Shown: positions 48,123 to 60,449 of the stretch, one piece after another
Numbering within the stretch: position 1 is the first letter of the stretch
How the letters are laid out: the number at the start of each line of letters is the position of its first letter
NCBI GenBank assembly: GCA_045837725.1
Contig: JBEWZL010000152.1
Location: forward strand, 310,001 to 374,000
DNA length: 64,000 nt
Source of the DNA: Vermamoeba vermiformis
Lineage: Eukaryota
Direction: 5' to 3'
The notes under the pieces: model-generated
Seen by the model: only the letters and a program-made list of their open reading frames with translations
What the model was told of the DNA's origin: nothing
The model's database searches: none
Position numbers and translations under genes: made by a program

Positions 48123-49716
48123 ATGCTGAAGCAGCGTTCAATCCACAATGTGTGGGGTCAAACTAAGAAGATTGACTGTATTGTGCCCGGCTTATATTTG
48201 GGCAATGAATTAGAGGCTGGCTCTGTCTGGTAAGTTATTTCAATTATTTTAACGAATCTGTCAAATATTAACGCGGAGTATTTAGAATTATTAAAATCCA
48301 ATAGTATTACGCACGTTTTGCCTGTTGGTCAAGGCTTAAGAAGAAATTTTACTAAGGTAAGAGAGAATAAGACTGCATCCGATTTTTTATGGATTTCCAA
48401 CGCTTTTCTCGAGTTTGATTGGACTCCATTCTCGCTCTATCACTAAATTTACTTAATTAATATATTATCACGCAAACAGCATTGCAATTATTTATTTTGG
48501 ACGCGAGGACTGACACATTCATTCTGCCACAGGACTTTGTCTATTATCCGGAGGTGATCCGTGTGCTGGACTCTGAATTTGAAGACCTCTTGTCCCACTT
48601 CGATAAGAGTAAGTCATTAAACAAAGTTATTGGCCCCAGATCTCGCATGATTTCACGCGAAACTAGATGCCGTTATTAAATAGACTCAGTTATTCGTTAG
48701 AAATCAAATCATTCATGAAAACATGTACTAATATGTTATTATAGCTTATGAGTTCATCGACAATGTGTTGCAAAGCGGTAAATCAGTTCTTGTGCATTGG
48801 TAAGTACTCGCGGCATCAGATGTACCTCGTTTGAAGCAAAATAAGCGTAGTTAATGCTGCCAACACTAAGGATATAATAACATAGTACGCGGTACAGATT
48901 CCCGTCGTAAATATAGCATAAATAACGTATTCTAAGCGAGATCAAGCTCCGCTACAAACAACACAGCTGACTTTTATTCTTTAACTCAGTTCTGCTGGCG
49001 TATCTCGCAGTGCTACCGTAGTATTAGCGTAAGTAGAGGCATAGTATACGTATATTACTCGTGATATTAGCGAAGATTTTCGGTTACTTTGACACCGTGC
49101 CCCGAAATTAACAAGAAATATCGATCAGTTGCTTTAGCGCTGAGTTCATCAGTTTAAATACGATATTTACGCTTCATATACGGTGCATATCATTATCCTT
49201 AGCAGAATCTTTCATGATTCGTTCGAATAATACTGATTTAGTTTGTGTACCGGATCCACTTTGCAAACTCGCTTAGAACTCGTGAAAAGATACTAATATG
49301 AGGTTCTTATTTAGGTATTTGATGCGTAAATACGATTGGAAGTACGAAGAGGCCTATAACTTCGCGAGATCCAAGCGCAGAGTTATCGCACCAAATCCAG
49401 GCTTTGTTCAACAACTGCAACTCTATTGGGCCATGAAGTATGCGGTTGATACTGACAATACTGAATATAAGAACTACTTAGAAGAGCTCAAAGAGTCGAA
49501 AGGTATTGGATCTTGCTCTAAAGTAATAACACTTGTTTTTGCTGTTATTATTGCTTAAACTGACTTTTAAATTATCTCTAATGTATCTAAATATACTAAT
49601 ATACGTTTATTAACTATAGTGAGGGCTTTAAAACTCAGCTTCTCGTTGAAACAACATCAGCCGATTCCGGTCAAGTAGATCCGCTCAAAGCTGAAGCTAG
49701 CAAACCAATTGCATAA
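48123..49716 (+). CDS. Atypical dual-specificity protein phosphatase
   Basis: IVPGLYLG, ITHVL, spliced VLVHC|SAGVSRSATVVLA|YLM (HCX5R) and IAPNPGFVQQL. Confidence 0.9.
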
Positions 49717-50201
49717 CACAGATGTTATACATGCCCCTGTTTAATGTGCCTGCAGCTTATTTTTGAGCGATTGTAAATAGTATTTATTTGTACATAGTCA
49801 AAAAAGAAGGCCATAGTGCCTAATAAACGATTATGACTTGAAATGCCTAATATCTATTTAAAATGGCTTAAATATGAGTAAATAGTGCTATAGTAACAAT
49901 TACGAATGGCATTGGAGAGAGGATCAACTCGTTACAAAGTAATCTTGTTATCAAATTCAATAGAAACAATAAAATGACTTATAATAGAGATAACTGTAGT
50001 CTTTAGTCATCATTAAGCCATCCTAGTAATAAATGCGTAATTTGAGTGATTTGAAGCAAGATCCAAGGTCGCATTACGCTAAAGCGTTAGCCGAGAAAAA
50101 GAAGCTAAAACGAGTATATAACGCCAGGATTAATACTAAACAAGTATTATAGTATTTATGTACAACTAGCTGAGTTTACAATTGATATTCAAGCTGTTTT
50201 T

Positions 50202-51690
50202 TTAAGCAAATGCGTCATCTTCATTTTGACGGCCGTAGAAGACGTGAATATAGAGCTAATAGGAAGAGATTAATATAGACATGAAGACACGGTGATATAT
50301 AGCTAACGCGAGCACACAGGCAGCGATGCCAAATAATTTAACCAAAAGTGGATTCGGACCTGAAAATTAGCGCTAATTTCAATTAATTCTTTTAAGTGCC
50401 AAATACGCGGTGCAATATCACCTTTTTCGAGTCATAAATGGTGATTGAATCGATTCGACACAAACGCGTTGAATTTTCTTTTAAAATCAGTTTTGAATCC
50501 GATCCAATTCATCGAATTAAAATCTCAGAATTAAATGCTAATTTCAACTATATCTGTCCTATAATATCATTTCTTATACTATGCCTATATCAAGACACGT
50601 ACCAGAATCGAGCCATACACGATTAAGCCACCGGCCAGGGCCATCAACAACGCACCTGTCGACATCTGAAAAAACAATCAGTGAATAAGGCCATATATAG
50701 GTATACACTATACTAATATAGTACTATATGTTGATGATATTAGCACTATTATTGCGCGTTATTTAGCTGAAATGACACGTGTCAAATGGTGCGCGTACTG
50801 GAAGTACAATTTAATCCAAAAAAATCATTTTAAGCGATAGCCAATGCTACTGTATCATATTAATAGTATAATTATACTATTATATTGGCATTATAATGAT
50901 AAAGCAGGAGTTGGTAATAATTTAAAGCGGATCCAAGTACTTACAATCTCCAAATGAGCCAGAACGGTCGGTAAAGCTAAATAATAAGCCATATTAATAT
51001 AAATAGTATAGTTATATATTTAATATGCTTATAATTACCAAATCCACTAATCACGAGAATTCCTGTCATAAAGTAACCTGCATCCATAAAGGCTCTAAGA
51101 GACAAATATTAAATTCGATGTAAATACTTGAAAATTGGTAGTCTATAGCTCTATAGTATTATAGGAACATTAACAAGAGGATCTCATCGCTAGTTACCTG
51201 GATTTGTTTTCGTCGTAACCCACACTGCATCTCATACAGAAAATGTTGGGCAATGGAGCCAAGAAATATGCAACCACTATAATATTCATGTTATTAATAC
51301 GAAAATCGCGGTATTATAAGCGTATTGGCGCATTATTATTTTTTTGCGTATTATTGAAAAAAAATTCGAAAATTACTTACCAACGAAAATAGGCCACCAT
51401 ACACCCCACAGCCAGCACGAGAATATATTTAAGAATAATCCTACTGCTATAGCAAGTGACAAGCCAAAAATACTGTAATTTAATCGTCAAGAAAAATAAA
51501 TTGCTAAAATTGAAAATAATTATTTTAAGTTGGACCTGCTGCTTTTAACGTGATTGTCGTATAATAGCTATATTTGGTGAATAAGGATACACTAGTGGCC
51601 AGAAAAGAAAATAAAAAGAACAAAGTTAGTATCAGATGCAACGAGCAAAAATAAAATTTTCAGTCACTTACTCTTAATGTCTTTCTTCAT
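50202..51690 (-). CDS. VPS55: Vps55/LEPROT-family small tetraspan membrane protein
   Basis: GLFLNILSCWLWGVWWPIFV, YFLAPLPN, DAGYFMTGILVISGFALPTVLAH and LMALAGG. Many small exons; one missing T near 51240. Confidence 0.85.
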
Positions 51691-51890
51691 CTGAATATGT
51701 CTTATATAACACTAATAGTGCTCTGTAGTACGAGATAAATTAATAAAATTAAAAAAATCAAACAAAAAAAGCTCGCAAATTTGACCGACCCGACTGGACA
51801 AAAAAATCACTTTCAGATCGCACTTTAACAAGCAGTTTAACGCAAAATTATGAATAATACACCACACGACTACTAAGAGTGTATTTATCA

Positions 51891-54747
51891 ATGAGTCGTG
51901 GCGATTGTCCCGATTGTGGCGGCACATCTTTCGATCAAGATCCAGATACCGCCGCTACTTTTTGCACGGACTGCGGTCGATTAATATCAGAGAGTACACT
52001 GAGGAGTGATAATATCGATTTAACGAGTACTAAGAACATTGTCACTCCTTATGGCGGTGGCAACAAAGTTCGACTCGGATCTGTCGTAAATTCAAATCAA
52101 AGCGTGCGAATATTGGATAGTTATCAAGATCTTGTTAAGGTATAGTAATATTGTATTATGGATATACGTGAAATATTATTTGGGCATTATTTGAATTTTT
52201 CTAAACTATTCGTTTGCGATCCAAGACCCAAATCCAAATTAACCAATTTAGATAGCCGTAAAAATACTACGAATAATTCTTATATAATATCTTAATATTT
52301 GTTATGGTATTGATGTCTTATTTACCGTTTTTCAGGAACGGATCTACGGTTATGTTTACCGAATCTTGCAACGGCTGCACATCCCAACGACGTACGCCAA
52401 TCAAATTAAATACTTGTTGGGCCAAGTCTTCGCTGCGAGGTCTAATTCACGCTGGGTCAGCGGTCGTCAAGGCGAACTTTTGGCCGCGGGATGCACTTAC
52501 ATCATTTGCAGACAACAAAACAAAGCTGTAACGTTATTAGACATAGCTGTAAGTATACTGTAATATTTATATACCCTATAATATTATATTCTAGCCTTTA
52601 AGTTTAATCTTATCTAAGTTTTGGATCGGATCTGAAAAATTGAATTTAAAATTTTTTTCTAGGAGACGTTCTAAATAAGGAAATAATATTAATATTTATT
52701 CATTTTACTTGTATAGGACGCGGTACAATGTAGCGTATTCAAATTGGGCGCTATTTACGTCAAACAAGTCTCGCTCCTTAAACTTCGAGCTTCATTGCCG
52801 GACATTGATCCCGCACTATTTATCGATCGGTACGTATATATTAAAGAGTATATTAACGTCAATACTATCACCAATTTTTCTCCAAAACCATCGGTTGAGG
52901 ATTAGCACATCCATCGAAAATTTTCAGATCAAAATTTATTTTGTTATTTTTCAATTTAGACTGAAAATAGTGCCAATAATTTGTATTAAAATGTATTTAT
53001 ATGTAATATATTATATTATTATTGTCCTATAAGACGGTCTATTGAATTTTTCACCACCGTCCAAAAAAGTCAAATTTGCAGACTCGTTCACTGAACTAAC
53101 ATCCCTAAAATAGCGCATTGTCGGAGATCATGAAGCAAAACGAAGCGAATGCAAAGGCCCTGGAAGACGAAACACCCGTGTCCGATGAAGCACCAGACGA
53201 TTTGTTCGACGAGGGATTTTATTACAACGAAGAAGAAGAAAAAAAGAAAAAAGAGCAAAGTAACAGCGCCAATAATAGCAATATAGACATTGCAGATATT
53301 TCGCGCAAGACTTTGAGACTGGTCAACGAGGCACAACGTGATTGGCTCACCACGGGACGAAGGTACGCTCATGAAAATAACCTCTACTTTCAATCTTTGC
53401 AACTATTTATAGATCTCCTTATTTGGACATCAATAGCCGCGGATCAATTATAACTTACGTGAAACTTAAATTTGACACTTTCGAGCCATTTTTTACAGCG
53501 GACATGATTCTTTCGACACATTATTTTTGACACGTGTCATTCACAGGCCTGTAGCAGTGACCGCTGCCGCACTGATGATCTGTCTCGAGGCCTGCAAGAA
53601 GAAATCACTGTGTAAATTACAAACCATTTGCAACATCTTGCATGTGTCATATTCCACGGCCAAAAAGAGGAAAAGGTACGCAATGATTAGTCTTTGCAAC
53701 TATTTAATGCCACGACCATGGTCTTAATTACAATCATTTCTTTGAAAAAAGACTATCGCCGTGCTGGATTCGGTCATTCTAATGATGTGGAACTTAGGGA
53801 ATTGAAGGCGCTATTGTTAGACATTGGTCGCGCGAAACTACCGTGGGGCAATGACATCACCGAACAAAATCTGGCCCTGCACTACACCGGCATATTGAAG
53901 TACTTGGACTTTATGCACAGCAAGGCTGAAGAAGAGAAAAAGAATTCGACGAAACCTGCCATAAATGGAAATACCACCAAGACACCTGCTGTCAACCAGG
54001 GCCTGCAATTGCCGACCGTCGGAACTAAACGAGCACGTGACGATGAAACAAATGCAATGACTGGATTGCCTATTATAGTATCATCTGCAAATAAGCGCGC
54101 TAAAATCGACAAACCAGCGGAACAACCTAAAAATAATACCAGCACGCCAAATAAGGCAATAATAGCCGAGACCTCGAATGACAGTAGCGACTTCCAAAAA
54201 AGGAAATGAATCGAAGTCACTGCGCGACAGTATCGGCAACAGAGCACTGCCGCCAGCATTCAAAGCGAGTCAAGCACAGCGCGAACAACGCGAGAAAAAG
54301 ATTGAACGCGCCAAGAAACGATTGGCCTATTTTATGCAGCACATCAAAGACGAGAATGGCAGTCCGAAAGGCGAGCCTGGATCTGACCAAATTATAGACT
54401 TGAATGCTGAGGACGGCACTGGCATCAATACTACCACTAGTCCTAGTAATAATAGTGCCTCTAATAATAACGTACCGTTTGAAGATGAGCCGCCAGACGA
54501 GGAAGAAATGTTGATTGCGCGGCTGTTGCTTGAAGGCGCAGACGAGCACTTGATACGCGAAGGATTTTATCAAAATGTGCACAAACCTGTCGATCAAGAG
54601 CAGCTGTATAATACTGAACTCACGGATGCGGATCTGAACGATGAAGAATTCAAGTCGATGATCCGTGATGACAAAGAAGTCGCGGCACTGAGTGTATTTT
54701 ATGCGCAGCAGGACAAAGAGAATGAAAAGGACGAGTTGAGCACGTGA
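51891..54747 (+). CDS. TFIIB-related Pol III factor (BRF family, BRF2-like)
   Basis: Zn ribbon CPDCG...CTDCG; cyclin folds GRQGELLAAGCTYIICRQ...TLLDIA and WLTTGRRPVAVTAAAL; LPPAF; acidic tail DLNDEEFKSMIRDDKEV. One indel near 54200. Confidence 0.82.
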
Positions 54748-54973
54748 TGAATATGAACGAGCTCAAAAGGGACTCTTAACTATGTAAATAAACTTCGGAA
54801 CTTAAAAAGATCTAGTTGCAAAACTTCCTAATAACTTACTGTAATAAATTGCTTATTGAGGCTGAAGGCCGACGAGTTGGATAGCATATGAAGAGGATGT
54901 TAAATCAAAAGGAAATTTTAAGGATCTCGTGCATTCTGTGAATTTGATCAGAATCCAAACCAAAAAAAGTATT

Positions 54974-55045
54974 CGCCGCGATCCGGAGTTGAACCGAAAC
55001 CTACAGAGCTTCAGTCTGTCGCTCTACCGCTTGAGCTATCACGGC
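54974..55045 (-). tRNA. tRNA-Phe (GAA)
   Basis: GCCGTGA-TA-GCTC AAGCGGTA GAGC-G-ACAGA CTGAAGC TCTGT...GGTTCAACTCC...TCGCGGC folds as a cloverleaf. T7 Pol III terminator at 54962-54968. Confidence 0.95.
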
Positions 55046-55047
55046 TT

Positions 55048-55558
55048 TGTTGAAGATGGAACGTCCGAATTGACGAAGTCGTCAAAAAGTCAAACGGGGT
55101 GCTTTGACAAATAAGGAGTTTCCTTGGATCGCGGGCTCGTCAAATGAAGAGGCGTTACGCGGGATCCTAAAGCCTCCCTTAACTCTCACAGCTCCACGCA
55201 GCACATAAGGGACGAACTGCAAATCAATAGGTAGTCTGCGGCACTGAGGAAGAGTTCTGTCGAGACTGCCATCCCGCGCTGTTAGATCCTCATGAGCTAA
55301 CTAAGGATGCCTCAAATGAATTGTAGGGTGAGAGCAGGTACACAGCCGAGCTGAGGAACACTCCTTTGTGAAGAGTCACGGCACTGGTTCGTTGTCTCAC
55401 AATATAGCCCTTGGTTTGCGCACAGCCAAGAAGGACATAAGATTTATTCTCCGCTATAGGCTGTCTAGCACATTCTTATGAGCAACTCGACCTCGCTGGA
55501 TCTCTAGCCAGATCGCACCCACTGGAGCAGTCAGATCGAACACTGGCCCCTTCAAACA
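55048..55558. other. GC-richer, non-coding, stem-rich element directly upstream of tRNA-Phe (candidate ncRNA or solo LTR)
   Basis: No substantial ORF. Stems CGCGGGAT/ATCCCGCG, ATCCT/AGGAT, CTTGGT/GCCAAG, CATAAGA/TCTTATG, GTCAAA/TTTGAC and TTGACG/CGTCAA; T5 on the minus strand at 55084-55088. Confidence 0.4.
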
Positions 55559-55669
55559 CTTAGATTGTGCTTTGCCACACGTGCCTGTAACCTACACATC
55601 TCGTTGTATATCATTTTCTTCCAAGCAGTTGGTCTTTAGTTGTTTTTTGTTCGTGCATTCGTGACCACC

Positions 55670-58600
55670 ATGGAGAATAACAACCAACCAAACACTGAAC
55701 CGCATGAGTATGTATTATTCATTGATATATATGCGCATTTAAGATAATGCGGGTTATAATACAAAATGGACGAGTTTAGACACCGTTAAAATAGAGAACT
55801 AATTTTCAAATTGCATATATAGCATTGAAACTCAATTAGAGGAGATTGGCAATCATCATAATAGACGAGTCAGTAAGTATAATAATTTAAAAAAATTCTA
55901 GAATAATTTGAGAGAAATAATTATCTCGATCAGTCCCAGAGGAGCTACTCAAGGTCAAAAATAATAAGGAGGAGGCAAAATGGGAAGATATAACATCTTT
56001 TATGAAAGAAGTCAGCGAAGGTACGTTATATAACGAGCATTAGCCTTTGAAAAATTATTTTTTTGGGATTGGGATCCCTTCTGTCAAAATTAATCAACTC
56101 CCAAAGACTCTTCTAAATATATACCATATGATATTGTACTTACGGATATTTTTTGCAAATGAAATAGAACTTGGCACTGACCATCTGGTGGCACGAGAGC
56201 CCTTCTCAGTCCACGAAGCCATGTCCTCGTTAGAAGTAAGTGCATTCTCGTTCATAAATATCTTTTTGTAATTTACAACTTTCGTTGAGCACGTGACGAA
56301 GCATGAGACTCATTAAACTTGTAAATCGAAACCTTTGTTGATTTGCAAGCTCAAATTTGATTTTAGCGTGACTTTAAATATTCTCATTAATCCAATTATG
56401 CTTAATTACTGTCCGTGCCAATACGCATATAAACAATAGAAATTTCCGATATTTAATCTTTAACTGATCCGGCAATAAATTATTGTGCACAGATTATGGA
56501 TCCAAAAATGGACTCTGGCATGAACGCAGAGAATATCAAGACTATAGAAGAAGCCATCGAGTTGAATAGCTTGCCCAAAGAGTTGACACCACAGCAAGTT
56601 ATCGGCGTTATGGATCGACTTTTGGTGCTTGAGGCAAGTAACCACAATACGACCGGATCATGTCTTGTCAAATACTGTCGGAAGGACCTCCGCCGGAAAG
56701 ACTACTCTGCGGCTAATCTCCTGATGCTATATATATAGGCGTGCAATTTATGAGAAATATTCCGTTCTTGTGCCATTGCACAGGAGCGAATTTACCGCAC
56801 TCCGAAATCTAATCTAATCTTTTCCTAACAATCAGAGCATATATTTAACTCTGCGACTAACATGATATGCTGCAGGTGATGTGGTACGAGGGATATCCGA
56901 TGGCACAGACGTTAAACACGTGTCTGTATCTTTACAATCCTGCTGTCGTGCCAGATCCGACACTGAAAGCATTCATTCGGGCCATGCTCCAAAGATGTTT
57001 TTTAGTCCGTGAAGTAGTATTGCGCGCCGATCTATACGAGGTATATAATTTATGATTTATCGTATTGTATTTAGCCCGGACTTTGATTGGTTGACACTTT
57101 CAGTTTTCCTTTATTTGTACAAATTCTGATTTATTGCCTAAAAATACTTATTTCCGCATTGCAATTAGGAAGAAGACTTTCACTCGAGTACCTTTGGCCT
57201 CAACTTGCTTGAAGATAATGTTGAAGAGCACGAGATCTACGAGTCGATTAAGAAGGTCGAAGAAGAGCTTGCAAAAAAAGAAAATGTCGATGCTCTATTA
57301 GCGCGCATTCGCTTTGCCAAGGTACATACATTCCGGTAGAATACTCTTGCTGCGAATCAGCTTAGAGTCATCCTTGACTAACAAGATCTGCATCCATTTT
57401 TAGGCCATGCTGGCGGTTCACAGAAACATGGAAAAACCAGCATGCAAAGGTCTAGACCTCGCCAAAGAAGACCTCGACCACGCCTTGCAGCAGCTGCCCA
57501 TCATTTCTTCAACAACGTCTCAAGGAGTTTTGCCTGAGGTAAGTGTTGGCAACAGTTATCGGCGGTCACAGTAACAGCTTGAAACGCAATATTTGTACAT
57601 GATATGAACGAATATGATATATCGAGTAGTATAGTAGAAAAGATAGTAACTTACCTCTCGTAGGCGGTGTTTGAGCCCGAGATCGCGCGACGCTTGCCTT
57701 CAAGCATTCCACCTCGCTTCCCTGCACCATTTGAGCTTGAACTGGTACGTTAATTAACCGCAAGTACATTAATTAGTGCTAGTAATAACCATCTCCGAGA
57801 TCATATCTTATTACTACAAAATTCGTACTGCTTTAGGTTACCAATTATAGAAGTGTTGAATAACTAAATTTATCCTCGTAAAGGCGGTACAAAAATGGAC
57901 GGCAGTAGCGCAGCAGCTCAAGATGGTTTGCAACTTGCCTAGCTACAACTCGCTCAAGTTACTCGAGTTGGGCTTCGAGGAGATCGGCAAGAAGGCTCCG
58001 AACATCGTAGTCCGATCCCGCATGCTAGTACGTCTTTAAATAGATTACAAGGTCGGTTCTAACCTATCTAATAGAAAGTTGGCATTACTCCGGACCTCAA
58101 GGCCTTTGGCCAAGTACCGCTCAAAGAGTGGATCCTTAAATCCGCCGCGGAAGATTTCCACGTACCCAAACACCTACTGGAACATACCGCCTTCAAGAAT
58201 TTCATCGACAAGATATCCAAGGTACGTACAGACTTATGTATTGATTTGATAGGCACTTACCTCGGATGCAGACCTACTTGCGGTACTTCAGATTTTTGGC
58301 CATGAACAAGTCCCGACAAAGAAGAAAGTTCTCGCGACATATCGAAGAGTGGTGCTTGAGAGTGAGCGAGGTAGGTCTTACTAACGAGTCTTATTTATTG
58401 TTTGCGCATCTTCAATAGCAGCCTGTTTTAGATTACTAAATTTAGTAACAAATCTTTACAGGGAGATTTGATCGAGGATAAGATTGGCGGCGGGCCTCAG
58501 TCGGTAAGTACAACGACCAGTTCATGTATAAGCTTGGAGTACCAAAGCTGCCAAATGTTCCATTGCTGATCCGCTGCGCTAGGGCGATTTTATCATCGGC

Positions 58601-59655
58601 TATTGGATGACAGACCGATTGCTGCGCATTATGGTCAAGTATTTGCAATTAGGATTCGAATTACAACTCTATGAACCTTACGAATATTTGATGATATTCT
58701 GGTAAGCAAACAATTCTTCTTTGTAGCGCGAGTAACTAATCCGGATTAGGTACTTGGACAATCTGTATTCGTACATGATAGACAACTACCGCCAATTGCT
58801 ACATAAGACTATTCTCAACACAAGTGGTCCTAAGCGCCGTAATAAGAAGGCAGACAAAAAGAAGCCAGTAAAGAAGGCGGATCCAAACGAGCCTTTGCCT
58901 GAGACTCCTTTTACACTCGAAATGGAGCTACAACATAATCTCATCCGAGGTTTGTTACGAGTAAGTATTGTACTGCAGCTTTTTCCTAAAAAGTCTGTAA
59001 CGCGCCGATCCGTTCTGAATTTTACGGTGCTAAATTTAACACCCTGCGCACTCCACGCGCAAAATTTTGAAATCCAATATTCAGTGAAACTAACACCTAG
59101 ACGCTAACTCTATTTCGTACAGGTAATAGCTGCATGCTCGCTAGAAAAGAAAGTCCCGCAGTTAGAATTGAAATTTGGTAGCGGTCTTAGTCGATTCAAT
59201 AGCCGCTTCTTACCATTTCTCCGACTCAACCATCCACCGCACTACTCGTATGCGCAGTTCTTGCAGACGACAGACTTGAGCAAGATCCCTGCCGACAAGA
59301 TCTTCCTCGGTGCGAACCAAGCCTTTAAAGCGAGCAAAACTTGTATTGAAAAGCTCATAGCCCAAGGAAAGGCTTTACCCGCCCAGCTCATTAACGAGTT
59401 GAAGACAGCGTACTACAAGGCAAGTCAATTTTAATTCTGCAGAGCTCGTTTAATATTTTGTTTTCCTTATTTGGAGCGATGTGAATCTTAACTTTACAAA
59501 ATAACGGCGACTAATCATGAACTTATCTAGGTTACTGTGACTAATAGTGTTAATTTGGCTCTTATGGAACGGGAGCAAAAACAGAAAAATCCGAACACGG
59601 TGGCTAAATTTGATTTTGGATCTAATCCTTATTTTCCGATTGTAAGTTTGCAATA
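55670..59655 (+). CDS. NAA35: NatC N-terminal acetyltransferase auxiliary subunit (Mak10/NAA35)
   Basis: WEDIT, FSVHEAMSSLEIMDPKMDSGM, WYEGYPMAQTLNTCLYL, LYEEEDF, MNKSRQRRK, GFELQLYEPYE, RFNSRFLPF and terminal PYFPIV. Confidence 0.93.
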
Positions 59656-59891
59656 AAAGCGAACGTAGAACATGTCAATAAAACGATGCGATAATCCAGA
59701 GCTCTGTATTGAAAATTAGAATCCTGAAAAAAGAACATTTTCCTAATATGGAAACAACTTAATTTGGCGTGATTGAAAAAATACTTTTGACTTCGCTGTT
59801 CCATAAATTCCAACTTTTCGTGTAAACAACAACACGAGCCATAGCTTTATTATTTCGATTTATCTTTCAATTTGAAGCCTGATCGAGCATT

Positions 59892-60449
59892 ATGTCTTGC
59901 AGTATGGAAACAAAACGAAGCACTTCACCTACAAAGAATAAATTGCAAACAGATGAGAGCTTTCAATTGGAACAGTTGCAAAGCCATTGGAAGATTGCCA
60001 AGCCTCGCCGCAAGTCTTCTTCGCCCACATCCAGTCGATCTCCGACTCCTCCAAAGAAGATGGTAGACTTCGTTTCTCATTGGAAGATTCCGAAGTCTTC
60101 GTCAAGACCTTCATCACCTCCTAGCATGGAGGAAGATACCACTCCCGTAATTAATGACAGTATCTCAAGGCCACAGCACGCATCTCTGGGAACTACTCAT
60201 CGGAACAATTTGCTTGCCTCTTCTGAATCGGACGGCTCCGTGATATCTAGTTTGCTAGCATTATCTGCTACACCTTCATACAGCACATACTTCTTTCCCA
60301 ATCACACAATTAACGCAGCACCGGTCGATCGGGTTGTGTCCTGCTCAGATAACCAACGAAAACGACCGATCGGAAATCCAAGCGAAGACGTGCAAGAACC
60401 TGCGTGGAAGAAGTCTTGCCATCGTCCAGCTAATGCCAGTAAGTACTAG
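59892..60449 (+). CDS. Hypothetical Ser/Pro-rich protein (3' end uncertain)
   Basis: 185-codon ORF with a duplicated SHWKI[A/P]K...SS.P motif. Possible donor GTAAGT at 60439. Confidence 0.45.
   Translation: MSCSMETKRSTSPTKNKLQTDESFQLEQLQSHWKIAKPRRKSSSPTSSRSPTPPKKMVDFVSHWKIPKSSSRPSSPPSMEEDTTPVINDSISRPQHASLGTTHRNNLLASSESDGSVISSLLALSATPSYSTYFFPNHTINAAPVDRVVSCSDNQRKRPIGNPSEDVQEPAWKKSCHRPANASKY

Noticed and set aside
55140-55460. Group I intron, RNase P/MRP or telomerase identity for the tRNA-adjacent element
   Set aside because: Only scattered short word matches; no ordered P/Q/R/S core, no P4 consensus pair and no CCCTAA template.
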